Source: a virus (taxonomy: Duplodnaviria > Caudoviricetes). Taken from it: a stretch of DNA of 56,924 bases. The stretch is from IMG/VR virus record IMGVR_UViG_3300045781_000081, positions 1 through 56,924 of that record; one strand, 5' to 3'. The translations under genes and the position numbers were made by a program. Under the pieces are notes generated by a model. The model was given only the letters and a program-made list of their open reading frames with translations, was not told where the DNA came from and searched no databases. Shown piece after piece: positions 9,363 to 18,768 of this stretch. Positions within the stretch are counted from its first letter, which is position 1, and each line of letters begins with the position of its first letter.

Positions 9363-10914
9363 GTTTAAAGTCAATGCCTGCAACACGCTTGCCTGCTTCG
9401 ATCTGTTTGCCCGCCTCGTCAAAGATGGTCGGGTCATGCTCCAGGTCGTCCGCCTTGATCGTTTCCACGATGGCGAGCGCCTTTTTGGCCGCTTCCTCGT
9501 AGGTCTTGCCGCTGGCGGTCACCGCACCGAAAAACGAGCCGTTACCTGCGGGGATACACCGATACTTACCGCCCTCGCGCAGATGATTTTTGAGTTTGAT
9601 GTTGTCGGCGTGTTCCGGCGGGAAGTCCACGACCAGTTCGTGTTCCTCATGCCAGGGGCTGCGCAGGACCACCTCTGCGATGTACGGGTTATCCCACTTG
9701 GGTGTCGGTAGGATACCACCCGCACACAACCATGCCACCTCGGCGTAGTTCGTGATGTGCTGACACATTGCCTCGGACGGCGGTGAGGGTGCCCGCTGGG
9801 TGGCGTCGATGAAATACCCCTTACCATCAGCCGTGAAAATGATTTCCGTGGACAGGTGACCGTTGTAGCCGAGCTTCTGGTAGATCGGTGCAACTGCCTG
9901 GTTCACTTTGTCGATACTGGCCGGCGTTTCGGCAAATACTTTACCGAGCAACCCACGGTCCTTTATCTCGTAGCCAAACAGGCAGTTTTTGGTGTACTCA
10001 CCGTTGACGCAGAAACCGTCGTAGCCGCCCTCGGCTTCCTTCTTGAGCACGTTCTGCACCAGGACTTCCAGGGTCCGGCTGGCGTGATCCCCGATACGGT
10101 GTTCCACGTCCTTGAGCTTCGATTCAAACTGCATCATGTTACCGGGGTACTTCATTGTTTCAAAGTCTTCCCGATAATAGGGAGTTTTGAGCCATTTTGG
10201 GCCTTTCCCGTCGAGATACTGCCGTAAGGCGTCCGTACCCTTCACTCGGTGCGTGTATGCCACTGGCAGGCCGACGCGGGTCAGCTCTGACAGGAAAAAA
10301 TCTTTCTCCAGTTCCATTTTCTCGGAAAGGCCGGACCCGAATACCCGGTGACCCTCCCCGCGCAGGTAATGTTGGAGGTCGCCGTCGTAGCAGTCGGGGA
10401 AAAACACCATGTCCGCTTTGTCCAGGTACTTCCAGAACGAGTACACCCGCTCGATCTCCGGTAACCCGGTGCCGATCAGTTTGAACCGGCTGGAGGGGTA
10501 CGGTGCGCTCTCGGCGAGGTAGAACCAGACCTTCTTGAACTTCTCGCCGAGCTTCTGCGCCAGGAAGATGTAAAGTCCCTTGCGACCGTAGACCAGGCAG
10601 GTCTTGTCCGACAGGTCAACCGAGTCGGTCACGTCCTTCTGCTTGATCCCTTTCGCGGCAGCATAGATGTGACTATGCAGACCTTCCGGTGGCACATTGC
10701 GCAGCTTGGCGGCTAACTGCGGCTCGTATTTCTTGAGCCAACCGAGCGCCTGCTTCCTGGTGAGGAACATCTGACCGCCGGGCGTGAAACCGTGGGCCGA
10801 GTCAGGCAGATTGTCGGGTAGACCGCGACCTTCGATGATGGTCACATGGGTGTCGGTGGGGGTGCCGGTCACTACGGTACCGTCAGGCAGGCGGATTGCG
10901 GGTAGAAGTCTCAC
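9349..10914 (-). CDS. ATP-grasp (PurD/GARS-like) ligase with extra N-terminal domain
   Basis: VFGSG...MELEK, GLPV, WLK, GYEIKD, STE, FIDATQR..PP; GTG start after GGGAG. Confidence 0.75.
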   Translation of the reverse strand: MRLLPAIRLPDGTVVTGTPTDTHVTIIEGRGLPDNLPDSAHGFTPGGQMFLTRKQALGWLKKYEPQLAAKLRNVPPEGLHSHIYAAAKGIKQKDVTDSVDLSDKTCLVYGRKGLYIFLAQKLGEKFKKVWFYLAESAPYPSSRFKLIGTGLPEIERVYSFWKYLDKADMVFFPDCYDGDLQHYLRGEGHRVFGSGLSEKMELEKDFFLSELTRVGLPVAYTHRVKGTDALRQYLDGKGPKWLKTPYYREDFETMKYPGNMMQFESKLKDVEHRIGDHASRTLEVLVQNVLKKEAEGGYDGFCVNGEYTKNCLFGYEIKDRGLLGKVFAETPASIDKVNQAVAPIYQKLGYNGHLSTEIIFTADGKGYFIDATQRAPSPPSEAMCQHITNYAEVAWLCAGGILPTPKWDNPYIAEVVLRSPWHEEHELVVDFPPEHADNIKLKNHLREGGKYRCIPAGNGSFFGAVTASGKTYEEAAKKALAIVETIKADDLEHDPTIFDEAGKQIEAGKRVAGIDFKHAEV

Positions 10915-10930
10915 GATATGCTCCCTGTGG

Positions 10931-11101
10931 TTACCCGAGCTTTTTCTGCTTTGAAACTCCAATGACGACCGGGGCAGTTGCAATCTTTTTAGGTCGAAAA
11001 TGGGTGGTGCGGAAATTATTAACGCGGTACGACTTGGTAAAACATCCGGCGTCAACGGACACAGCGAACACTAAAGCCACGAAACACAGTAAATACCACA
11101 T
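10931..11101 (-). CDS. Small basic peptide with signal-peptide-like N-terminus
   Basis: MWYLLCFVALVFAVSVDAGCFTKSY..., 56 aa; TAATG coupling to the upstream gene. Confidence 0.5.
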   Translation of the reverse strand: MWYLLCFVALVFAVSVDAGCFTKSYRVNNFRTTHFRPKKIATAPVVIGVSKQKKLG

Positions 11102-14100
11102 TATTCATCTCCTGTTTTAATGTATTTTTCCATCTTTTTAAGTATTTCCAACTGTTTTTTGGAGTACATAGTGTTGCCCGATTTAGTCTGTCCTTCCCTT
11201 GCGGACTTAGCGTCAGCACCTAACCACCCACGCACGTACGCGTCGTAGGTAGCACCACCTTCCGCCCCCCCACCGTTTACGTCTTCCCACCATGCCCGTT
11301 TACGCTTTATACGCTCCTGTTCCTCGGGGGTAAAGTTCTTCATGAACTCGTCACGTAGCTTTTTAAACTGCGGGTCACGGTTCATACCATGTATCATGTC
11401 ACCATAAAGCGCTTGTTTTAGCTGCGCGGGGTCTTTCTTTAAATCGTCGCCGTATATCTCAAGGATGTTTTTACCTTTTGACGGGTGCGGCCAATCCTTG
11501 GTACCACCCTCACTGTCCGGCCAATACTCCAGACCGACATTACCCATACGTTTCCGAGCTTGATTGGTTCGATCTGGATCAGCGAATATAACGGACGTAT
11601 TGTCTTTGTTGTGAATCTTTGCCAATCCTTTGTTTTCATTCAGTACCTGCTGTAACACCAACTGCTCCGGGGTGAGCGTGGCGGGTGCCGGGACGCTCGG
11701 CTGCACCATACCCGGTTGCTGCGGGGTAATTACTTGCGGACCCGCCACGCCGAGAATCTGCTGGGTGCCGTCCGCGTTCAGCAGTGTTTCCGGCTGGTTC
11801 TCACCTGTGAGGTATTTCTGACCAGGTACAACCGGCCCACCGTCTGCACGCGGTATTGGCTCGCTGTCGTCGGTGCCCCACTGGTCGGTCGCGCCCTGCG
11901 ATACCGCCGCGCCGGCAGCGCCTCGCACGGTGGCCTGCTTGGCGTACCCCCTGACGCGGGCGGCTATCTGCTTACACATCGCCTCGGACACTCCGCGCTT
12001 GGTCTGTGACGCTTGGAACGCCTCGTTGAGTAGTCGGCCGTCTTTTGGGTTGAGTGCGGCCTGGTCAACGAACTGCTCGATCATCTCACCGTGTTCTTCG
12101 ATCATCCCTTTCATGAAATGACGCAGCACGTTGGCACCTGTGTTGACTACCGCACCGCCGGCATAACGCAACACGTCCCGTGCCACGCCGTAGCCTACCT
12201 GACCCATTTCCTTGGATTGCAGGAACGACGTAGCGGATTGTGCGCCGTGGGGAGATGTCTTGTTGCGCGACAGGTTGCGGATGGTTTCATGGAAGTCCGA
12301 CAGAGCATCCCTCTGCTTGCCGTCGAACACCTCGTGCAGCATCCGCTTGGTACGTGCGACCGTCAGTTTCTTGGACTTACTCAAGGTCGTTTTGTTGAAA
12401 CCCAACATATCCTCGGCGCTGACTTCCCCGCTGGTCATGACCCAATCGCGCACCGCCACCTGGAGGCCCGCCTTGTAACTCGGGTTACCCTTGCCGTATG
12501 CCAGCACCTCTCGCATCGCGGCGGCAGGATCGGTCTGCTTATGAATCCACCCCACTATCGTGTCCGGGTCCATTTCCATGATCTTGCCGACCGTCGATTT
12601 CTGGAACTGCTCAAGGGTAGACTGTGCTGCCGCGACGGTCTGCTTGGCACGGCTAACGTTGGAGAATTCGTCGTACAAACCGAGCTTTTGCAGGACCGGC
12701 TTGACCTTGGGGGAGTTGAGCCAGGCGGTCAATTTCTTCGGATTGTCCAGCATGGTGGCGGCTTTGTCAGCGAAGTGATCGCGCATCAGGTCGCCGGCAG
12801 CTTTGCGCCCTGCATCGGTGATTTCCAGCTTGCCGCGTGCGTCCCGTTTGTTGCTATCGCTCAGTGACCGCGCCAAGTCCTCGGCTCCCGACTCCGTTTC
12901 AAATTTTGCTGGTAATTTCTCGGCGGGCAGGCGCTGGCCGCTGGCTTCCTTACCTTGCCGGAACACCTCGTCACTGGCACCTTTACCGTAGCGGTCGGCT
13001 TCCTCGCTGGCGAGAGTGGTTGCACGCTTGTACTTGGTTGCGAAGTCCTCGGCGGGTTGTAGCTCGGTGAGCTGTTTCTGCTTCGCCGCGATAGCCGCTT
13101 TGATGTCAGCTACAATTTTGGGATCAACGGCGGATACGCTTGGCACCGGCTCGTTGGGAAACCGACGCTTCCACTGCTTTTCCAAGCGAGCGGTGTAACC
13201 GTCCGGTTTCTCCCCGGTCATTTTCATAGTCGAGGTGTCACCCGATTCTTTCAACTTGGCAGCCATTGCTGCGGTGTCGGTTCCGGCGGCTTTCCCTGAC
13301 CCGTCTGCCAGGCGCTTTTCCAATGTGGTTATTTCAGCCTTTACCTCGGACGGTCTGACGATCCGTTTCTCATGGATAGCCACATCTCCTGCCTCGACTG
13401 CTTTACTGAACGCTTCCGCGTCGGACCGCAACGCATCCTTCGCTTTTTGCAGCAGCGCGACGGCACGACTTGCGCCAGGTGTCTTGCTCCCTTGGAAGTC
13501 CCGAATGTAGCTGTTGAGGGTCTTATAAACCGCGTCGTATCCGCTGGTACTCTTGGCTTTCTCCAGCGTGCCCTTGACGATCCCGATCACGTTTTTTATT
13601 GCCGGGTCGGCCTCGGTGGCGGCGGATGCTTCCAACTCCCCTACATGCTTTTCGTAGTTGGGGAATTTCATCTCGTAACCGAGTGCATCCACCTCGTCGT
13701 AGGCGGCTTTCTTGGCGGCTTTCTCCGGGGTCCGTTTGGTGGTGAGCGTATCAGTTATGCGCTCTCCCACGGTCTGTGGTGAGTCGGTGGCAGCGAGCGG
13801 TCTGCCTGCCGCGTCAGCGGCTTGCCCGGCAATCTCAACCTCGCCCGTGAGCGCCGCAGCATCAGCTTTGATGCGATCCCTCACGGTCCTTGCACCCTCA
13901 CCAGTCTCACCGGGTATCGCACGGTCCACACTCTCGCGTGCAGCCGCAGCCAACGTGTTGTCGTTCAGCTCGGCGGCGATAGCGTGAGTCGGGTCTTTGC
14001 TCCTGGTACGGCGCACCATTTCGTTCACGGCGTGCTGCGGCATACCCAGTTCACCGGGGGTGAACGCTGCACGCTGTTCCGGCGGGCGGTGCTCCATGAT

Positions 14101-14916
14101 CCGTTGATTGAGCGCCTGGGCGTCCGCAACGTCGGTCGCCTGCGTCATGGCATGTTCGGTGCTGAGAGGGTTTGACAGGTTATTAAATTTCTGACCCGCC
14201 TTGTATTCGGCACGTTTCTTACCGTAGGGGAGGAAACCTTGCTCGGCACCGGTAGCGAGCTTGTTTTTAACAACACCAGCACCTTTCGTGAGCGCGTTCG
14301 TGCCGGGTTTGACCGCACTGAGTGCCAGCAAGTCACCAACCACCTCGGCGACTTTCGGCAGGTTCGGCAGGTCCAAGTCCTGCGACACCTTATTGACCAA
14401 TCGTCCGGTGTAATTGCCCACCGCTTTACCGGTCCAGGACTTGCCGAGCGGAGATTCCAAACCCGACTCATGATACGCGTCATACGCCTGTTTGGTGCTA
14501 CCGCCACCCGCTAAGGTACCTGCACCTGCGGCGAGTTTGTTGACTGCCGAGACAGGGGCGGTAACCGCCTCACCGAGCACTTGTGGTATCTCTGCGGCTA
14601 CCTGGCCGGCGGTGGATAGCGTCTCGGTTACGGGATGTGCTTTAAACTTGCTCCACTTGCGACTTATCGTATCTCCGATGTCACCGAGAAACGAACCTTC
14701 CTGCTTGGGTGCGTGTTGCGGTGCTGTCGGCGCGGCGGGTGTGGTGGGTGTCTTACCACGCCCCGGTTCCCGTCCGTTCATCTCCTTGAGGACTTCCAGG
14801 GGGTCGTGACCGTCAGCGATAGCACGCTTGTAATCCATTTTGACGCCGCGTTTCGCCAGTTCACCCATTACGTCTTCGGGGCTGTGACCGTCCGATAATG
14901 CTCTTTGGTAATCCAT
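11101..14916 (-). CDS. Large DNA ejection protein (P22 gp16-like position)
   Basis: ~1270 aa, Ala/Lys-rich and helical; duplicated MDY.RA..DGH.P.EV N-terminal motif; third ejection gene. Confidence 0.75.
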   Translation of the reverse strand: MDYQRALSDGHSPEDVMGELAKRGVKMDYKRAIADGHDPLEVLKEMNGREPGRGKTPTTPAAPTAPQHAPKQEGSFLGDIGDTISRKWSKFKAHPVTETLSTAGQVAAEIPQVLGEAVTAPVSAVNKLAAGAGTLAGGGSTKQAYDAYHESGLESPLGKSWTGKAVGNYTGRLVNKVSQDLDLPNLPKVAEVVGDLLALSAVKPGTNALTKGAGVVKNKLATGAEQGFLPYGKKRAEYKAGQKFNNLSNPLSTEHAMTQATDVADAQALNQRIMEHRPPEQRAAFTPGELGMPQHAVNEMVRRTRSKDPTHAIAAELNDNTLAAAARESVDRAIPGETGEGARTVRDRIKADAAALTGEVEIAGQAADAAGRPLAATDSPQTVGERITDTLTTKRTPEKAAKKAAYDEVDALGYEMKFPNYEKHVGELEASAATEADPAIKNVIGIVKGTLEKAKSTSGYDAVYKTLNSYIRDFQGSKTPGASRAVALLQKAKDALRSDAEAFSKAVEAGDVAIHEKRIVRPSEVKAEITTLEKRLADGSGKAAGTDTAAMAAKLKESGDTSTMKMTGEKPDGYTARLEKQWKRRFPNEPVPSVSAVDPKIVADIKAAIAAKQKQLTELQPAEDFATKYKRATTLASEEADRYGKGASDEVFRQGKEASGQRLPAEKLPAKFETESGAEDLARSLSDSNKRDARGKLEITDAGRKAAGDLMRDHFADKAATMLDNPKKLTAWLNSPKVKPVLQKLGLYDEFSNVSRAKQTVAAAQSTLEQFQKSTVGKIMEMDPDTIVGWIHKQTDPAAAMREVLAYGKGNPSYKAGLQVAVRDWVMTSGEVSAEDMLGFNKTTLSKSKKLTVARTKRMLHEVFDGKQRDALSDFHETIRNLSRNKTSPHGAQSATSFLQSKEMGQVGYGVARDVLRYAGGAVVNTGANVLRHFMKGMIEEHGEMIEQFVDQAALNPKDGRLLNEAFQASQTKRGVSEAMCKQIAARVRGYAKQATVRGAAGAAVSQGATDQWGTDDSEPIPRADGGPVVPGQKYLTGENQPETLLNADGTQQILGVAGPQVITPQQPGMVQPSVPAPATLTPEQLVLQQVLNENKGLAKIHNKDNTSVIFADPDRTNQARKRMGNVGLEYWPDSEGGTKDWPHPSKGKNILEIYGDDLKKDPAQLKQALYGDMIHGMNRDPQFKKLRDEFMKNFTPEEQERIKRKRAWWEDVNGGGAEGGATYDAYVRGWLGADAKSAREGQTKSGNTMYSKKQLEILKKMEKYIKTGDE

Positions 14917-14917
14917 T

Positions 14918-16654
14918 TTAGTAGCTCGCCAAGGGTTTTTTCTCACCCGACTTGAACGCATCGGATATGCTCGCGTTGATCCCTTCGGAAATCTGCTTGT
15001 TGGAAGTGGTACGCACGGCCATGTTGGCAATCATGTTGTCCACGATTTCCTGCACTCCGTCGCCACCCGCCATACCAGCGGTGAGCAGCATCTGCGCCTC
15101 TTTACGTGCCGAGTCGGTCAGACCACCGGCACCCACGTTACCACCCATGACCTTACCGTAGTCAACCAGTGCCTCGTAGATCGTGTTGTTGATGTTGACC
15201 GCTTTCGGGTTACCCTTATACTCAGCACGCAGGTGGTTCAACCAGTCGTCGGCTTTCTTGAAACCGGACATGCTGGACTTGATCGCCTTACCCTGTGTGA
15301 CCACATTTACAAGCAGTTTCTTGGCGGTTTCCTCGTCGCGCTGCACCTGTGCGTTGATCGTGGCGATCTTGTTGAGCGCCTTTTGTCCCGCCTGGGAGTT
15401 CGGACCCATCTTGGCCCACTCCATCGGACTGATACCGTAATATTTCAACTGCGCGTTGGCAACGCGGCGGAACTGCGCCTGCGTAGCGGGGTCGCGCATG
15501 TTGCCGGGCAATTTGTGCGAAACAAGATAATCCGCCACCATCGGTAACATGTCCTCGTCGGGCGACTTCTTGGCGTCGGCGGCTTTTTCCTTTAATGCTT
15601 CCTTTTTTTCGTCCCGCTGCGTCACGTACATGTTTGTCGTGGCTTTACTGTGATCGGCTATATCCTCTTTTTCCGCCTTTATGTAGTCCGCAACCTCCGT
15701 CATGGTCGGTCGGCGGTGCAGCTTCTCACGCAACACACCTTCCGCGATTTGCTCCGGTGTCTTGGTTTTGCCACCCGCTATGTTGCTCACCGTGTCGTCC
15801 ACGCTGGTGATACGTTTTCCGTCCATTGAAATGCGCACCACACTGTCCGGCGTCGGCTGCGTTCCTTCCGGCATGTACGGTGCAAGTTGGTCAGCAATCC
15901 CACGATACTGTGGGGAGTCGGACGGTGGGATATTGAGGTCGATGGTTGACGTGCTCCCCGGACCAGGCACCCAACCGTTGTCCATCATGGTGGTGATCTG
16001 CTTGGTTCGTTGTGCAACCACTTGGTTGCCAGGGTTTTCTTCTACCGCCTGTTGCATGTATTTTCGTAACAGTTTGGTGTCACCCGCTTTCTTAGCCGCT
16101 TCCATCGGCTCATTCATGACCTTGAAATACGAATTCGCTTGTGCGGTCTGTTGCTGAAAAACCTGCTGACGGTATGCTGATTGCGCCTGCTGTTGACCGA
16201 TAAATTTATTCATCCCCTCTCGATTATCCGGGTCAGGCATACCACCAGACGCAGCGGCGAGCGGATTACCTGTTGGTGCGGGGCGCGGAGCACTCTGCGG
16301 TGCGGGCATACCACCACCGACAGCGAGAGAGTTGCCTGTTGTGGGCGCTACCGGACCTGGTGCTGGCGAGGGTAATGACGCGGGTGCTGCTGGTCGCGGT
16401 ATGTCCGCAAGAGGGTTGTCCTGAGTCTGATCGCCGGTAAAACCGAACGGAACATTGGGGTCGTTCGCAGCTACAAGCGCGGCGTTCCGCACCAACTGTT
16501 CACGATTGATGCCGAGTCGGTCAGCGTAGTCGTCAATTTGCATGGACGCCAAACGATTCTGTATCCCGCCAGCATACAGATTCTGCTGACGTAATGCGGC
16601 GTCATCTCGTATCTCCTGATGTTCCCACGGATACAATATTCCGTTTTCAGGCAT
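14918..16654 (-). CDS. DNA ejection protein (gp20-like position)
   Basis: Gln/Pro-rich N-half, helical C-half; synteny. Confidence 0.7.
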   Translation of the reverse strand: MPENGILYPWEHQEIRDDAALRQQNLYAGGIQNRLASMQIDDYADRLGINREQLVRNAALVAANDPNVPFGFTGDQTQDNPLADIPRPAAPASLPSPAPGPVAPTTGNSLAVGGGMPAPQSAPRPAPTGNPLAAASGGMPDPDNREGMNKFIGQQQAQSAYRQQVFQQQTAQANSYFKVMNEPMEAAKKAGDTKLLRKYMQQAVEENPGNQVVAQRTKQITTMMDNGWVPGPGSTSTIDLNIPPSDSPQYRGIADQLAPYMPEGTQPTPDSVVRISMDGKRITSVDDTVSNIAGGKTKTPEQIAEGVLREKLHRRPTMTEVADYIKAEKEDIADHSKATTNMYVTQRDEKKEALKEKAADAKKSPDEDMLPMVADYLVSHKLPGNMRDPATQAQFRRVANAQLKYYGISPMEWAKMGPNSQAGQKALNKIATINAQVQRDEETAKKLLVNVVTQGKAIKSSMSGFKKADDWLNHLRAEYKGNPKAVNINNTIYEALVDYGKVMGGNVGAGGLTDSARKEAQMLLTAGMAGGDGVQEIVDNMIANMAVRTTSNKQISEGINASISDAFKSGEKKPLASY

Positions 16655-16665
16655 TGCCTGCCCTC

Positions 16666-18045
16666 CTACGACTTAAGGTAATTTGCCAGCACGTTGGTGC
16701 CGTAGTTGATTGCAGGTGCCCATGAATTACCAGCATTAACGGTGTATGGTGCCGCACTGGAAGCCGCGCTGGTCAGGTTGGTACCCTGCGATGTAGCCAC
16801 ATTTGCACCGAGATTACCGAGTTGGTTGATTTGTCCCGGATTGGCGGCGCTGGCGAGTGTGTTGGTTTGCTGTGCGACTTGGTTCATATACGGTGTGTAA
16901 CCGGACTGCATGGCAATCAGCGCGTTCTGCTGTGCCAGGCTGTTAGCGAGCGCCGGGCTACCGGAGTTGCCGGTAGCGGCAGCGTGTGCGAGAGCGGTCT
17001 GGTCGGCCTGTTGTGTGGCTGCCTGCGCGACAGCGTAAGGAGTGGACGCTTGGTACGCCTGCGGCGTGTAGGCAGTGAGCGGGTTGAGCGCACCGTTACC
17101 AGTGGTCGCCGCCGTGTAGGTTTCCAAACCTTGCTGCTCGGCAGCCACATAGGGTGCGTTCAAACCTTGTGTGTATGCCCATTCGGCAGCCTGTATCTGG
17201 TTGGCTTGAGACGCCGCAGCGGACATGTTGCTTGCTGCTGCTGTATTTGCGTTGTTGCTGAGAGCAGAGCTGAGCAAACTACCAGCAGCGCCGACCAAAC
17301 TGCTCCCGGTGCTTCCGGTACCGAGCAAATTGGTCAGACCGGACAAACCGGTTCCACCGGCAGTGGATGCGGAAGCAGACAGACCTGCAACCGCTGTGCC
17401 GTCCGCACCGATTACCGATCCACCTTCACCGATTGACCCGATCACCGCTCCATTTGACGCTGTAACGGACCCGTCCGCACCGATGGTGCCGACAATGGTA
17501 CCGGACGAATCAACTACCGTGCCTGCCGCTGCACCCGCTGTGGCGGCGTCAATGGACGACGCGGCGGATAGGCCGGCAATTGGAGCACCATTTGCTCCGA
17601 TCACCGCTCCACCTTCGCCGATTGAACCAAGAGCGATACCGCTGCTGGATATAACCGTACCGTCAGCGCCGATTGTTCCAACTACTGCACCAGTTGAGTC
17701 AATTACTGAACCAGCAGTACCGGCAACAGTGGTGGTAGCAGCACCACTTACCCCCGCACCTGCACCTGCACCTGCACCTGCACCTGCACCAGCTATTTCA
17801 GGAAGTATTGCGGCACCTACCGCACCAAAGACTGCTGCTGCACCGCCAACCGCAATACCTCGTATGATGTCACCGAACAAACCACCACCAGGCATCGCAT
17901 CAAGTTCGGCTTGAGTGTATGGGCGTTGTTCGGTGTAATTCCACAGTGTCGGGTCCGTGTACGGCACCAGACTCTGCCCACCGTTGATAGTACTGGTTCG
18001 GGTGTTATTGCCGTTTACCATACCAACAGTAAAGTCGTCACTCAT
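16666..18045 (-). CDS. DNA ejection/pilot protein (gp7-like position)
   Basis: Gly/Ala-rich; PY..A...GL and AAATG..GS motifs; RBS before MSDDF. Confidence 0.72.
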   Translation of the reverse strand: MSDDFTVGMVNGNNTRTSTINGGQSLVPYTDPTLWNYTEQRPYTQAELDAMPGGGLFGDIIRGIAVGGAAAVFGAVGAAILPEIAGAGAGAGAGAGAGVSGAATTTVAGTAGSVIDSTGAVVGTIGADGTVISSSGIALGSIGEGGAVIGANGAPIAGLSAASSIDAATAGAAAGTVVDSSGTIVGTIGADGSVTASNGAVIGSIGEGGSVIGADGTAVAGLSASASTAGGTGLSGLTNLLGTGSTGSSLVGAAGSLLSSALSNNANTAAASNMSAAASQANQIQAAEWAYTQGLNAPYVAAEQQGLETYTAATTGNGALNPLTAYTPQAYQASTPYAVAQAATQQADQTALAHAAATGNSGSPALANSLAQQNALIAMQSGYTPYMNQVAQQTNTLASAANPGQINQLGNLGANVATSQGTNLTSAASSAAPYTVNAGNSWAPAINYGTNVLANYLKS

Positions 18046-18056
18046 AACGCGTTCTC

Positions 18057-18392
18057 CTATGTCCACACCAGTGCGTTGACTTCCAGGTTCAGTTTGCTGG
18101 CAGCGTCCGCATAAAATGCAACCGAGTCGCCGGGATAAAGCACTTTGGAACGACTGTAGGTGTTCGGTCCATTGCCAGCGGCCTGCACCACCTCGCCGTC
18201 GTAATCGAACGCTGCCGCGCCGCCGTTGGGTGTGGTTTTCATGTAGAACTGGTGGGTCACGGCGTCGATGTTGGAGACATGAATCTCTTTCACAACAACT
18301 TGTTTCACGCCGGTTGCCGGGACTGTGTAGACCAGAGCACCACCGACAAGCGGCAGAGTCTGTAAGGGAAGTAGTTGAAAAGGGGTTATCAT
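18057..18392 (-). CDS. Small beta-rich virion protein
   Basis: YTVPA...VVKEIHVSN...VLYPGD pattern; structural operon. Confidence 0.65.
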   Translation of the reverse strand: MITPFQLLPLQTLPLVGGALVYTVPATGVKQVVVKEIHVSNIDAVTHQFYMKTTPNGGAAAFDYDGEVVQAAGNGPNTYSRSKVLYPGDSVAFYADAASKLNLEVNALVWT

Positions 18393-18393
18393 G

Positions 18394-18768
18394 TTAGCCT
18401 CCCACAGAGAACTGCGTTCTTATATCACTTATTTCGCGTCGGAGTCCAGCTATTTCAGCGCGATAATCACATTGCATTGCTAATTCCGTTCGCATATCCT
18501 GTATCGTCCTACGCAACCGAATCAGTTCACTGTCATACAACATTTCCATTGAAAGCTGAGTCTGAATATCTTGAATTGATCTGCGCAGCGCAGTTATTGC
18601 TGATTGAGCGTCGTAATCCATTGACGACTGTGCAACCGACGCATCGGTGCTGTCGGTGCCGATCGCTGCCGCATTGTTAACGAACCACAGATACCAGGCG
18701 GGCGACATGACACCTGATTTCGCGTCCAGGAACATCGGCGTTCCTATCGGTGGCGGCCGTACACTCAT
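18394..18768 (-). CDS. Tail needle-like protein (gp26 position)
   Basis: PP...P..D..SG.MS.AWY.WF N-terminus plus three ~23-aa coiled-coil repeats. Confidence 0.6.
   Translation of the reverse strand: MSVRPPPIGTPMFLDAKSGVMSPAWYLWFVNNAAAIGTDSTDASVAQSSMDYDAQSAITALRRSIQDIQTQLSMEMLYDSELIRLRRTIQDMRTELAMQCDYRAEIAGLRREISDIRTQFSVGG

Noticed and set aside
9349-10914. Auxiliary metabolic purD
   Set aside because: Only the general ATP-grasp scaffold is recognisable; structural-operon context and no other pur genes.
18394-18402. C-terminal GG as a ubiquitin-like tag (also at the primase end)
   Set aside because: Explained by the GGAGG RBS of the next gene; no beta-grasp fold or E1/E2 genes.
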